Assembly (NCBI GenBank): GCA_000091205.1
Contig: AP006500.2
DNA length: 64,000 bases
Reading direction: 5' to 3' (one strand)
Source of the DNA: Cyanidioschyzon merolae
Taxonomy: Eukaryota
The translations under genes were made by a program, and so were the position numbers. Below the pieces are notes generated by a model that was given only the letters and a program-made list of their open reading frames with translations, made no database searches and was not told the origin of the DNA. Positions 33,660 through 46,374 of the stretch are shown one piece after another (the first letter of the stretch is position 1; the number at the start of each line of letters is the position of its first letter).

Positions 33660-36600
33660 CGTGCTTGATGACGCTTGGATCGGAGGAACCTGGAGAACAT
33701 GTTGTGTGGTTGCAGATGCCGCAAGGCGCTTCTGCGAAACGACCGATTCGGTTGCACCATGATCAAGGCGAAACGTTCGTGCGCTAACCTTGCAAATGGA
33801 TGAGCAAGCAGGTGCGGCTCTCGGGTGTCTACGTCCGCTCTGCGATTCGAATGCAGACTCAGCACGCTGCATTCATGGTAGTATGGATAGAGCCTGAGCA
33901 GAGTGCTTTCGCGACGTCTGTTGGTCGTGGAGTTCCTGCAGAGGCAGCTCGCTGCTGGCCCCGAATAGCTTTGAACCATGCTTGAGGAATGCACACTGCG
34001 TTCCGAGATGCGTATGAGCGTCTGGCAAGCGACGCTGACGTGTGTCTCGGCTGCGGTGGAACCGTGTCGACACTGCGGTGCACGTCGCTGTTCGCACATG
34101 GGCAAAGAGAGGGTGGATAACCTCGGCCTAGCATGCGTTCTCAATGACACAATAGACTACCGTGAATGGACCTTGTTGTTGCCCCTGGTGTCGTTGTGAG
34201 TGCTGCAGCATTCGAATGATGCGCTGTTCGCGAAAACGCGATGCCATTCGCATCCGGTAATGTCGCAGTCGATATGCCGGTGAGTGCATTTGTTTCCGTT
34301 CGAAAGCGGACGCGGTGGCGCCAGCGCCTTAGTGCGACGCCCGGCGCTCTCCGCAGGCAAACCGCAAGCAGTGTTCCCGCTGTCGCATCTGACGCTTGAC
34401 TGCTGATCGACGCTGCCTAGTTTTCAGTTCAGTGCGCGGGAACTCTTGGTGCATGGATTTGAACGATGATGACATGCCTCGGAATTCGACACCGTATTGG
34501 ACGCTTCCGGAAACTACCACCGGTTCGGTCAACGAGCCTCGGAACGGCTACAGCCTCCTCGGGATCGCTGCACCTCGAGATGCTTCCAAACATACCTGAT
34601 AGAGGTTGCGCATATGTTCTGGGTGCGCGTTCAGATGCGCAGCCGAGCGAGTCTGCTGACTCATGAATGAAACGAAGTAGGTCATTCGTTTTCGATTTTC
34701 CCTGCTGAAGATGATACTCTCGTGATTGCTCAGATGCGTGGCATACGGCGGCAGCAGCAGCAGCAGCAGCAGCGTCGAGACCTCGTTCTCTAGACTTGTG
34801 TCCAATGAAAATGGAAAAATAAACTGTTTACTCGGTTCGTGTTTGTCGATTTTCTTTTGGAAATTTTATTCGGATGCTAAGCTTCGACACTGAAAGTGCT
34901 GTCATACGGGCTTGTGGATTCTCACAGAACGCCAGGATGCTCGGTCGTCGTTTCCGATTGGCTGCTTTGACCTGCTGCCGCTGGAATTCGATACGTCACT
35001 GGAATGCAGATGATTCGCGACAACCTCGAACTGTTCTTCGTCCAATAAACGATATCATTATTCGATGCAAGTGTACGAGCGTCCGCTCCTCGAATTTCCT
35101 TCCTTGTGGCATGCCCATATCCTGCGTTCTTCATGTGATCGATCTCTCTCTGATTCAACCCATATCATAGGCAGAATACTTCGCAATAATGGATTGATGC
35201 GAAACAACTCGGTTTCGATCCTTGATGACTTGTTCGCAAGCTCATGCCGAATGTTCACTGTACCTACCATCTTAAATATGCGATTTCGTTCCAAATGCAG
35301 ATGCTGCTGTATCTGGAGCCGTTGACGAAACGGGGCTCCACAACGCCAGCATACCTTTCGTGACACACGCCTCCGGTGGATCGTGTTTCTTTTGTTTGCG
35401 TAGATACTGGTCTTGGACTCGAGGTTTCGTCATCGCAACGATTGCTTGCAGTGGACCGTTCGATTTCTCTTTTTCCACAGCTGAGAGCGTAAATGGATCG
35501 AAAGTTCTCGTCTTCTACGTATCTGGATTGTATTTCCGGTACTTGTCCTATCCGGCGCATCATCCTGTTCGGTAAATCCTTTATTGAATGCAGCAGATTT
35601 CGCTTTCGCACATAGCGGACAGCAGACACATAGTGCGGATCACCCAGAAGAAGCCCTTGGTCTAAGGGTACAGCACCGAGCGTGGAAACGGAAAGGAGCA
35701 TCGAGGAGAGTCTTCTGCACCCGACAACGGTATTTACGGAGCGAGGAAGCAAGCGTTCGGGCCTCACGGCGGGCGGCGGCCACAGGAGCAGGATGAGGAG
35801 GTGCTGTTGACGTATACGAAACACACGACCACAATCGACTTTCATTGCTGTGACAGACCCCATCGAGGCTGTATTTAGAGAAGATCAACATGATCTGCGA
35901 GGCTTCGATTGCAACCATTGCTTGTGCATGAAATGTATCGACAAGAGCTGGATGCACTGAGATAGGGACATGAACGCTGCCATCAACATCCTTCGACTGC
36001 TGAGAATGGAACTAGAAGGACAGAGGACAACGGCGTGTTCACAAGTGGAGATAAGCGAGAGGCAAAGGCTGCGATCTGCTGGTGAACATTTACCGAGAGT
36101 TTAGGATCCACGCCCGAATCGCAGGGCCGGCTTCATTTCTACTCTGACATGGGCGTAGACTACATGCCAATAGCGCTGTCCGCTGGGCGTGGCGTGTTGA
36201 ACACCGCTACTCGCGAGCGATGAACAGATTCTCAACGGCAGTTTGCTTCACGTCATAGCAGACCAGCTACACGCACTATGGTTGCTGTTCCTTCAGCAGA
36301 GCAACAAGATTTATAACGAATGCAAACGATGCTTTCGAAAGACCGAGCGGATGCAAGATTCGTCAATCGATGACGATTCTGGTGCGTTATGCCGTCCTCC
36401 ATGGATTCATGGCTTTGGATCTTCTTCACAGCGTGATTTCCTGTCGCAACAGGCGGTCTCCGGAAAACATCATGATCGTCGTGTTCTGGATACACGCCTG
36501 AAACAGGTGCCATTGTCCTCGGGCAAGGCGACTGCGCTGCATGCATTCTCGAGGAAAATGGGTATCTTGCCCGCGTCTACTTCACGAGGAGCCACAACTT

Positions 36601-38003
36601 CTCCAATCGGACGCCGTTTATCGATTCCCTGGACGCAAGTTGCAGCGTTCTCACCTCCCCGGATTCGATACGCAGTGCAGCGCGAGACATCAGGTCTACC
36701 AGAGGCATCGTTTGACCCTAACGACCTCTTTCCCAGAGGGCACGCTGTTCGTCGCCGTCTGGTGTGCACTGCGAATTGGCATGCACGGAGTCCGTCAACT
36801 TGCCACGAATATGCCGAATGAGGAAGCCTGAATGAACACTGCCCCAGTGATAGGCTGCATCGTCTCATGGTTGATTCGGAGCAAGCGCCGCACGTGAGTT
36901 TGCTGGAGCACTGCATTCGAAACTTCGTAAACGGATGCGCGCGGCTCTGGTCCTAAGCGGGCTGCCATCGACGCATTCTTCGATGCACAGCGGGGACGCT
37001 TTGCATTCACAAAGCCACGAATGAGCACTCGTTCACGCAGCCAGGTTCCCACTGCACAAAAAGGCGTTCCTGCATCTCTCCGAGACCGCGCCTGTGTTTC
37101 GAGAAGAGTTTCCGAAGAGACTCTCCTTGCTTGTTTTGCTTTCGATGTATCCGTGAATTTAAAGCTGCAGGTTTCCCGCCATGCGCGCACAATTTATCCC
37201 GTGAACAGGTACGAGCATCTCTGTACTTGGTGGACCATCGAAGTATTCACCTAGCTATCCTTTCGGGCGCAAGTTCTTGCCAGCCCACGTTTTTCATGAC
37301 TCATGATCGGTGCGTTCAACCACATGCCCTGGTACGCCAACCTCGATTCCAGGAGATCCTGGATCGAAGCGTCACTATCGTCACACCATCACAGAGAGAA
37401 GCGCTGTGTACCGGCCCTGAACAGATTCAAACGCCATGAAGCATTCTGCGTCGAGAGCACAGAAACGAAATGCTACCTAGCAACGAGATCAGAATTTCTT
37501 TCCGTCTCTACGGTTGGCATTGAAAGGGGGAATGGTTTTCCGTATTTTCGAAAGTTTACATTTTTTAGGCAGAAGATCCAGCGAGCTGGACGGGTCTGCC
37601 AGGCCAGTGCTTCATGTGCCTCTGCTGGGACAGGTGCGGTGTCGAGACCTGAGCAACTCGTCCGCAACGCAGTTCTTTCCGGATTTCGGAGCTGGTAGAA
37701 TGTGTCTGGGCGCTGCCCTGATTGCGATAGTCTGCTAGAATATCGCTTCGCGCTGCCGCAGGAATCAGGTCCGGCTGCGCAGATTGCTGGCTCCCAGTAT
37801 GATCATGAATCCCAGTCCTGTGACTAGTGAACCACACCTCGATCCGACGCTCTCTGTTGTATGGTAAATATGCTCTGTCTTCATCTCACATCTGCAACGT
37901 CGCTGCAAGGACTATGGCAGGTGCAGCAAGGCGGGTATGCGGCGCACTATAGAACATACAACACGACCAGTAAATCCGAGATCAAGTCTAGGAAAATAAA
38001 CTT

Positions 38004-38105
38004 GAAGGTAAGGTGCAACATCACTGACGCTTTCTCGTTTACCATTATCCATCCCGCAAACTGGAATCCCGTATCAACGGAAACGTTTTGTCAAACAAAA
38101 CAATT
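38004..38105 (+). repeat. Dispersed repeat of about 100 bp; copy 2 of 2.
   Basis: Matches 30034..30135 in the same orientation. Confidence 0.6.
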
Positions 38106-38286
38106 GAGGTCGTCTTGCCGTCGCTGATTCGGAATCGCAAGCGACGCAAGCGCCGACCCATTTCGCTAGAGCGCTTATCTTTGCAAGCCTTGTGCGGTCT
38201 GTTTTCAGTTGGAAGAGCGTTTGGCAGCGAACTCGTTCTATCCGTCATAGGAAGCACCGCTGCGCAGAAGACTGACCAAAGTGTGA

Positions 38287-39378
<1,092 letters not shown>

Positions 39379-39493
39379 GCAACGCCAAGTCACGTCGAGG
39401 GTCCGCGGCGACGCTATCATCCGCGAGCAGCACAAGTGCCAGACTCTTGTTGGTTTCATTTCCTCGAAAAGTTTATCGAAAGATACAGAGAAT

Positions 39494-39859
39494 TTATTCC
39501 TGCTGAAACTTTTTGGTACCCTTCTTCAGTAAGGCCTTGTGAATATGGGGAATCACGCCACCGCCAGCGATTGTTGCCTTCACCAGTTGGTCCAGCTCTT
39601 CGTCGCCCCGAATAGCCAGCTGCAAGTGCCTTGGCGCAATCCGCTTTTGCTTCAAGTCCTTCGACGCGTTTCCGCTGAGTTCCAGAATTTCTGCTGTTAG
39701 GTACTCCATGACGGCGGCTAGGTACACGGAAGCAGTAGCCCCGACGCGTTCCTGTTTATGAACGCGCTCCTTTAAGTAGCGGTGCACACGACCAACAGGG
39801 AACTGTAACCCTGCTCTTGCAGACCGAGACATGATAGATTTTCCTGGAGTTTTCGCCAT
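39494..39859 (-). CDS. H2AZ: Histone variant H2A.Z.
   Basis: [20 protein letters not shown]...[33 protein letters not shown]...[29 protein letters not shown] carries the H2A.Z-specific C-terminus. The annotated ORF extends to 39973, but Met at 39859 (MAKTPGK) is the likely start. Confidence 0.9.
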   Translation of the reverse strand: MAKTPGKSIMSRSARAGLQFPVGRVHRYLKERVHKQERVGATASVYLAAVMEYLTAEILELSGNASKDLKQKRIAPRHLQLAIRGDEELDQLVKATIAGGGVIPHIHKALLKKGTKKFQQE

Positions 39860-41863
39860 TCCGGAGGGTGTGAAGCTCTTGAGTGAAGCGCGCGACGCGC
39901 ACGGTACGTACCGCCGTCTGTAAACGAACTGCACGCGAGGCTCGAACGGACGTTCGTGCGTAGCGAGCGCCACCGTGTGGTGCGCTGCGATTCAAAATTC
40001 AACTGGGGCAGCAACCTGGGCAGCCATACGGGAGCGCGCTTCGCTGGATACAGTTTCTCATTGGGATGCCTCGGGATCGCTGAACGCCTGAGACGTTGAA
40101 GCAGACGCTTCGGATGCACGAGAGCTGTCGCTTATCTGGGCTCAAGGAATGGTGCCTACGCAGACGCTGCACTATAGTGATCCGTGTAGAGTAGTGTTTA
40201 CTTGTAGAAGAGGAGCAGCAATTCCTAGTCTTTTGGGGAAAGTTCAGGCAATGATCGGCTCTTCGTTGCCTGGACAAGCACCAGCTAGAGGCGTGCAAGT
40301 CGTGCTGCGAAGCCGGAATTCGTCTTCAGCCCCGACTGCGACGGCGTGAGCAGACAAACCTTCCGGAGACGCGTGACGGCCCATGGACGCACCGCCGCCT
40401 CGTTCAAGACGAAGCTTTGGCTTCAGATGTACCCCGTGGCTATCTTTAACGCGGAAGAAAGGCTGCGCTGTCGGGCGGTGTGGCGGCTTCAGCATGCGGT
40501 GCCGCTCGCACCGTCTGGGCAGTCCCCGGCCCGATCTTTCGTCCGACCTGAGATCTACGCCTTGAACCAGAATCCCTCGGACGTACGACTAGTTTCGAAA
40601 TCCAGGTTTGCGATGACCGCTTCGATCGCTTGGGTCCAGTGGTGGAGCTCGAGCGCGTGTGTATGTGCTCATGTCCGTTACCGACGTTTCACCGATGATC
40701 GTCCAATAGGATAGCTCGATGAAGCTGGCGACCAAAAGCAACCGCGCATACGTTGTGAAGGACATGGCAAATGCACGCAGCGCGTCTTTGCTGAACTGTT
40801 CGTGACGCTGGCAGACCGGTAGCCTTTCCTGTGACAGAACTGCGATGTTACGTGTCTTCTTGGGTAGCGAGGAAGCCTGCTACGCAAGCGCACTGCAGGG
40901 TGGCTGTTGGCGTGCGTCCTGAACCCAAGCACGCTGCTGGGATGATCAGCTCGTCGCTTGGCATCGAAGCAGACGCGCCTCGCCGACGCTATGAGATAGC
41001 ATCGCAGGTTTTGTTCTAAGAGACCCGAGCTGATGCGCCCAACTTTGCAATGACTTGCGTGCCGTGTTCCCTTACCTTTGGCCAAAGGGCGAACACTTGC
41101 GACATTCTCGCACAAGGCAGGTGTATTCAGTCTGCTGGTGGCTATCAGAGCACTAACCAGTAGCCGCAAGAGTCAAGATTCTGCAGGCTCTGCGCTTCAC
41201 GGGCGCATCTACTCGCCGCTGATTTCGCTAGACGCATGCGTCCAGCTGGAATTTGCGCAGCGCTGCGGCCGGTCGCTGTTAATCGAGGCCCTTCGGTGGA
41301 AAGCACTGCCACTCGACGGATGCTGGTGCACGCGGAAGCACCTGGCATCCAGAACACGGTTCGGCGGTGCCCGTGGCAGTGGCGGACGTGGCGGTAGCCC
41401 GTGATGATACCCCCCGCGCCCCCGGCACCTTAGAGGTAACGAGCCCAATCGCTGAACGCGAAATGCATCACAGTGCACGCTCAGGTCCCGCTGCTACAGA
41501 GCGATCGAGCTGGCACGCGAGCTATCCTGGGTAGGGGTTTGCTGATCAGCAGGGCGTCTGCTGCGGTCGACATTCGAGCCAGTCTCAACAGTGACCAACT
41601 CGCAAGTCGTAAAGCCATTCGTGAACACCCGTACGATGCAGCGTGCGAGGCCTGCATCGCCCTCATCGTGTTGCGCTGCCTATACAAACGAGCAAGGCCT
41701 TCTTCATCCACGAATGCCCAGCTCGAGGCGTCTCGAGTCATCTGTGGCATTGAGCAAGTGTCTGGTGGACCAGCGAGCGCCACGGCGACGCACTCCAGTG
41801 CCGATGAACGCTACACACTCCAGATTCGAGCCAGGAAACAGGTCCGCTGGTGTGTCTCCAGCA

Positions 41864-42898
41864 TCACCGTAGGATCGTTTCGATCATGGACTGCGCTTGG
41901 TCATAGTATCCGCCACCAAACAGGGCGCCATGATTCAGAATATGGTAAAGGTTATAAATCACACGACGTTTCTCGCGGTAACCTTTTGGCAAGGGCCAGC
42001 TAGCGTCATAGGCCTGGTAAAATGCACGAGGCAGGCGGCCAAAGAGCTCAGTCATGGCGAGATCCACTTCGCGGTCCCCATAGTAAGTTGCGGGATCAAA
42101 GATGACGACCTCATTCTGGTTCCGCAACGTCGCTACGTTGCCGGTCCACAGATCGCCATGCACCAGGGAAGGCGTCACCTGGTGCTGAATTTCATGCTCC
42201 TGTAGGACCGAGTGCACTCGTTGCAGAAGCGCATCTTCGTTACGCAAACGTCCGCCTTGGCGAGACCGTGCCAGCTTGAGCTGATAGCGAAGGCGATTCT
42301 CCACGAAAAAGTCGGCCCAGCTGTGCATCCAGGTATTGAGCTGGGGCGTCGAACCAATAGTGTTTCCGCGGTGCCACCCGTACCCGCGGCCACCGGAAGA
42401 GCAACGATGCATCGCCGCAAGCTTCTCGCCAAAGTCTCGATAGACAGCCTCGTTACCGATTCCGCCTAGCTCGAGGTATTCGAGAACGATGAACGACCGT
42501 TCTGCGGTGTTTCCATAGCAGATCGGCGCTGGTACCCGAACCGTCTCGGACTCCGCCATAGCCTGAATGCCTTCAAACTCAGCACTGAACATGGATACCG
42601 CCTGTGGCTCACTAAGTTTCACAAAGTAGCGCTCGGTAGAGTCGTTCCGATTCAAAAGCTCCGCGCTCGTCGACCAGCCGCTACCCAGTGCACTTGCGCT
42701 GCGAAGTTCGCCCTGGAAGCTTCGCTGCAACGCTGCAGCGACACTTTCAGAAACCGCTCGAGAGAGCTCGCTGGTATACAGTGATCCCATGGGCCAGTTA
42801 GCGTGCGGTTGGCTGTACTGGAGCAGCGTCCTTTTTCGACAGCGTACTAGTGACACACAAACAGAACTCACTACACCGACACAGCGAATGCCTTCCAA
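41864..42898 (-). CDS. FN3K: Fructosamine/ketosamine-3-kinase family protein. An alternative start lies at 42790.
   Basis: YFVKLSEP...FEGIQAM near the N-terminus, the catalytic LVHGDLWTGNVA motif and the C-terminal LYHILNHGALFGG match FN3K family hallmarks. Confidence 0.8.
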   Translation of the reverse strand: MEGIRCVGVVSSVCVSLVRCRKRTLLQYSQPHANWPMGSLYTSELSRAVSESVAAALQRSFQGELRSASALGSGWSTSAELLNRNDSTERYFVKLSEPQAVSMFSAEFEGIQAMAESETVRVPAPICYGNTAERSFIVLEYLELGGIGNEAVYRDFGEKLAAMHRCSSGGRGYGWHRGNTIGSTPQLNTWMHSWADFFVENRLRYQLKLARSRQGGRLRNEDALLQRVHSVLQEHEIQHQVTPSLVHGDLWTGNVATLRNQNEVVIFDPATYYGDREVDLAMTELFGRLPRAFYQAYDASWPLPKGYREKRRVIYNLYHILNHGALFGGGYYDQAQSMIETILR

Positions 42899-42959
42899 GC
42901 GCCAAACGCTGTATAGGCGGTGTTTAGGAGTGGCGAGCGGTGCGCCGCCCGCAACTGAC

Positions 42960-43540
42960 TCTGCGTCTGCCCAACAACGTGCAGACGCCTCCTAGTCTTT
43001 CTAGACCGGCCACCTATGAATGGGTTCAACTTCTTCCGGTATTATTCGACCTTGAGAGGTTCCTTCACAGGGTAAGTTCGCGTCAGCTCTGCGGGTCTCT
43101 TCTGCATCACCGCATATCTCCTTCTATTGATAGCAACGTGAAGGCCTCGATGCACAAACTCCATGCATACATCACCGCTGGTTGAATTCATCAGTGCAAG
43201 GATTCCTCGACGGCGTGCCCTGTGTGCCACTACAGTCTCGGTATCGCCCGTCGGGCAAACATCTTTTCCTGACCATCTCGCCTCTTCTTGTTCCTCGTAT
43301 CACTTGCTCTTCTTCGCGCGAAGAATCGGCGAGGAGTTTTTCCGTTTTTTTTCCGGCAGCCGGCGATGCCAGCTCTCTAGGATCCCCAATTTGCGTATTG
43401 AAATTTTTCCCTTACATTTTTTCTTCTTCGAATGAGCGCACGTCGAACGCATCTGCTATGAACCACGAAAGAGCATTGAATGTCAAACACCAGGAAGTAA
43501 AACACATTCGAGGTGAAAGACGTGAACAGGTTGCATAGAG
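42960..43540 (-). mobile_element. Truncated 3'-terminal fragment of a Fanzor-like element, same subfamily as 29279..29850.
   Basis: gtgcagacgcctcctagtctttctagaccggccacc at 42979 matches the copy-B tail. The minus-strand ORF 43042..43230 translates MEFVHRGLHVAINRRRYAVMQKRPAELTRT, a degenerate RuvC-III region (compare MEFVNRDFNAAVNIRRCAVLETRPPELNTRE in copy B). About 350 bp that follow are collinear with 29476..29850. Confidence 0.6.
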
Positions 43541-44383
43541 GGCGCTGGGCGCAACACCCGTGCATGAGTCGCACAACTGTACAATCGTGTATGTTTAGGA
43601 ACTATTATGTTCTACGTGCTAGGCACCGCCGCCGTCGCCAGTGTGCGCATGCCGCAACGCATACAATACCTCCGCGGGGTATGACGCTCTCGAGCAGCGC
43701 AATGCCTATCGTCGGTGCTCGCAGTGGACGCTTTCGACTGAAATGCGGCGCATCCTACGAGGGCCTGAATTCGTTTCCGCATAGGCGTATCGATCCGAGT
43801 CTACAGCGAGTCTAGCTTCTCTTCCAGGAGCGGTAGGTCGCTGGACAATGCACTCTCGACGCTGATCATGCGTGGCTCTGGTGAAAAGGTGTATGCGACC
43901 TGGGAGCCTGCCTCAGAGGGAACGGGCGATGTTCCCACTGAATTTTCTTCATCAGGATGCTGTGGACGCAGAGGAGCACGGTCTGCTTCGCAATGCTTCT
44001 GCTGGGCTCACCAGCACGAGTCACATCTTCGAGAGGGTGCTCAGTGTGCACCAGTGCCGCCCAGCTCAAACAATTGAGTTGCTCGCTATGATTTCACGGG
44101 TTCTGGGGATGTAGCCGGTTGCGGATAGCTGCCTGTCGCCCTGTGGGCAACGATCTGCCTGCAATCCTTCCGAGTCATCCAGAAGCAACTGCTGCATTGG
44201 CGCTGTATCATGTTCAACGCTACATTTGAAGCATTCATCGAAAATCTCTCGTTCCGCACCAGGAAGGCAATCGGATAGCGTTCCGTTGCACAAGCCACGC
44301 ACTATGTCGCCATTCGGTATCTACAGCCATGATGAACGTCGCCATATGCTGCTCACTGGTAGCTGCAACGCCATGCTTCCAGC

Positions 44384-45445
44384 TCAAATCTGAAGAACCG
44401 TCAACGAGGAAGGCGCTGTTACTGCCGCGATCCACTGCGGAAGCGCAGTGGACCAAGCCACGTTGTCTATGGGCCCTCGTAACTTACACGCTGCGAAGGC
44501 GCGCACCTCGGTCTTTGGCACTGCCTGAGCAAGCTCCCATAACGCTAACCGCCCATCCATATCGGCGGTTGCCAGGTAGTTCGCTGAACTCGGTGACCAG
44601 CTGATGGCGTTGACAGAGCCAGTGTTGCCACCAACATACGCCATAGGCACTGCTGGCATGCGGATATCAATAGCGACGGCGTACCGGCTTCGGCTGGGCA
44701 GCGTCAGCAAGTAGTGACTGTTCTGTTTGCTCCACGTGACTCGTAAGAGTGGGTTACCCGTTGGCGACTCATACAGCACCGTCGAATGGTCCAGCGAGCG
44801 TAAATCGAACAGACGAACGGAACCATCCGCGCCACAGGTAACGAAATGATGGGCAGTATTCTGGTCGAAAGAGACATCGTAGACTGCATTGTCGTGGGCT
44901 ATGAGTCGCGTACGCATACGACCGAGCTCGGGGTCCCATACAGCTACGGTGGTGTCCACCGAGGCTGTCGCCAGCGCGCTCCGATCAACTTCGTTCCAGT
45001 CCATGGAGGTCAAGGGTGCAATCTGCTCGGCACGCTCGTTGGGGGCCAGGGTTCGCAGAAGAAGCATATGCTCCTCTGTTACAGCCCAGAGGCGAAGCAT
45101 ATCACTTGCAGAGGCGAGTACAACGTTCTGGGTGCGTGCTAGCGAGTGTTCATACGCAGGCTCCCAGAGAAGCTTCGTGCAGGGAAAGACGATTGAGCAC
45201 TTATGTCGCGATTGGAAGCGTCGGATCGTACCCCTACTGCCTGGAACAAAGTCAAGGATCTCAATGTAGTTGTTGGGTCCTTCTTCGATGAAGCTTCCTA
45301 CGGCGAGTCGTGCGACGCCCTGAGCCGACGACGACGCACACCAGCCGACGGCGTAGAGGGGCCATTGAGAGTCCCACTCAAAGGTTACTTCAGGAAAGCG
45401 CTCTCCACCGGCACGTTTCAGCTCTTGAACAAGATCGCCGGACAT
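44384..45445 (-). CDS. DCAF7: WD40-repeat protein DCAF7/WDR68 (HAN11/TTG1-like).
   Basis: WPLYAVGWC...LAVGSF...LTSMDWNEVD...IAHDNAVYDVSF...GADGSVRLFDLRSLDHSTVLYE...PLLRVTWSKQN...WIAAV is co-linear with DCAF7. Start chosen at Met 45445 (MSGDLVQ); the ORF runs on to 45673. Confidence 0.9.
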   Translation of the reverse strand: MSGDLVQELKRAGGERFPEVTFEWDSQWPLYAVGWCASSSAQGVARLAVGSFIEEGPNNYIEILDFVPGSRGTIRRFQSRHKCSIVFPCTKLLWEPAYEHSLARTQNVVLASASDMLRLWAVTEEHMLLLRTLAPNERAEQIAPLTSMDWNEVDRSALATASVDTTVAVWDPELGRMRTRLIAHDNAVYDVSFDQNTAHHFVTCGADGSVRLFDLRSLDHSTVLYESPTGNPLLRVTWSKQNSHYLLTLPSRSRYAVAIDIRMPAVPMAYVGGNTGSVNAISWSPSSANYLATADMDGRLALWELAQAVPKTEVRAFAACKLRGPIDNVAWSTALPQWIAAVTAPSSLTVLQI

Positions 45446-46374
45446 GAGAAACAGCGGTAGCACCCAAGGGTGCTGGATACGTCGACACCTGCTCCGTATT
45501 CGAACAAACGCTACTGGAGCAGTGGTATCGCCGTTGGCGCGCAGTATCCGCACCTGACGCGTGCACTGCATGCCATGCAGTTGTGCAGGTCTGTGCCGAG
45601 CATCGAGGTTTTCGGTGCCACAAACGCTGCGGCAAGCGGCATTATCATGGTGTTCAGGTGAAGATGTGCGCATTTCTTTTTACTGCAAACGATGCGTGAG
45701 GCATTCTCGATTTCACAAACACTGATATGCAAGGCGGGACATGCTCATCGACGAGAGCAGATACGACAGTATCCATCCGCCTCGCAAGGAGCCACCCGAG
45801 AACGCTATGCGGCGTCAAGACGTCGAAAACGAACACTCATGTGGCTTGTCTGAGAACGTGCCAGCGTCTTTTCCAGATGAGGGCATTGGTGCGCCTCTCC
45901 ATGAACGGATCCGAACTCGGCAGACGAGAAACGAGTTGAGCAGAACGGAGCCACAACTTTCCCCCAGTCTGGTCGGATGCTACCACCGGTAAAACGTTCT
46001 TTCGCATAGCAAGCACCTTTCGGAAATTCTTTGCGTCGGTATCGTTTTTTATAAGAAAAGAGCTGTCGTCGGTACGCTCTCCACCGAGCCGAACAACGTT
46101 CGGTACCAGGCCATGCAACTCACGTTTCTCTGCATACGAAAGGACCACACGCTCGGCTGCTTACATGGCCCTACTCAGAGTTTCCGTGAGTCAGACACCC
46201 TTCGACGCAGAGTCCCATCCCGGACCTGTTTGAGGCCTCGCAGTCGTCGAGTCGCAGGCGTTTCCGACTAGCCAGCGCGTGCTCGCGCTAGTAGGTGCGC
46301 AGCGATCCAGTGCGATCCGATGCGCTGCTGTTCTTCCGCTGCGCTGAGCGGCTTGCGAACTCCGCGCTGGGCTG

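Noticed and set aside
33545-34150. 201-aa minus-strand ORF
   Set aside because: The composition is Arg/Ser/His-rich and random-like with no motif. It is typical of a chance ORF in GC-rich sequence.
39860-39973. N-terminal 38-codon extension of the H2A.Z ORF
   Set aside because: Canonical H2A.Z N-termini begin near the MAKTPGK position. The extension has no similarity to histone tails and is probably 5' UTR read in frame.
44066-44302. Cys-rich minus-strand ORFs (CNGTLSDC...CFKC...) that looked like a TnpB zinc finger next to the Fanzor fragment
   Set aside because: The two candidate motifs (a Cys cluster and an N-A-S-N-V-A-L-N stretch) come from different frames of the same nucleotides and are not sequential. 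There is no collinearity with the Fanzor copies.
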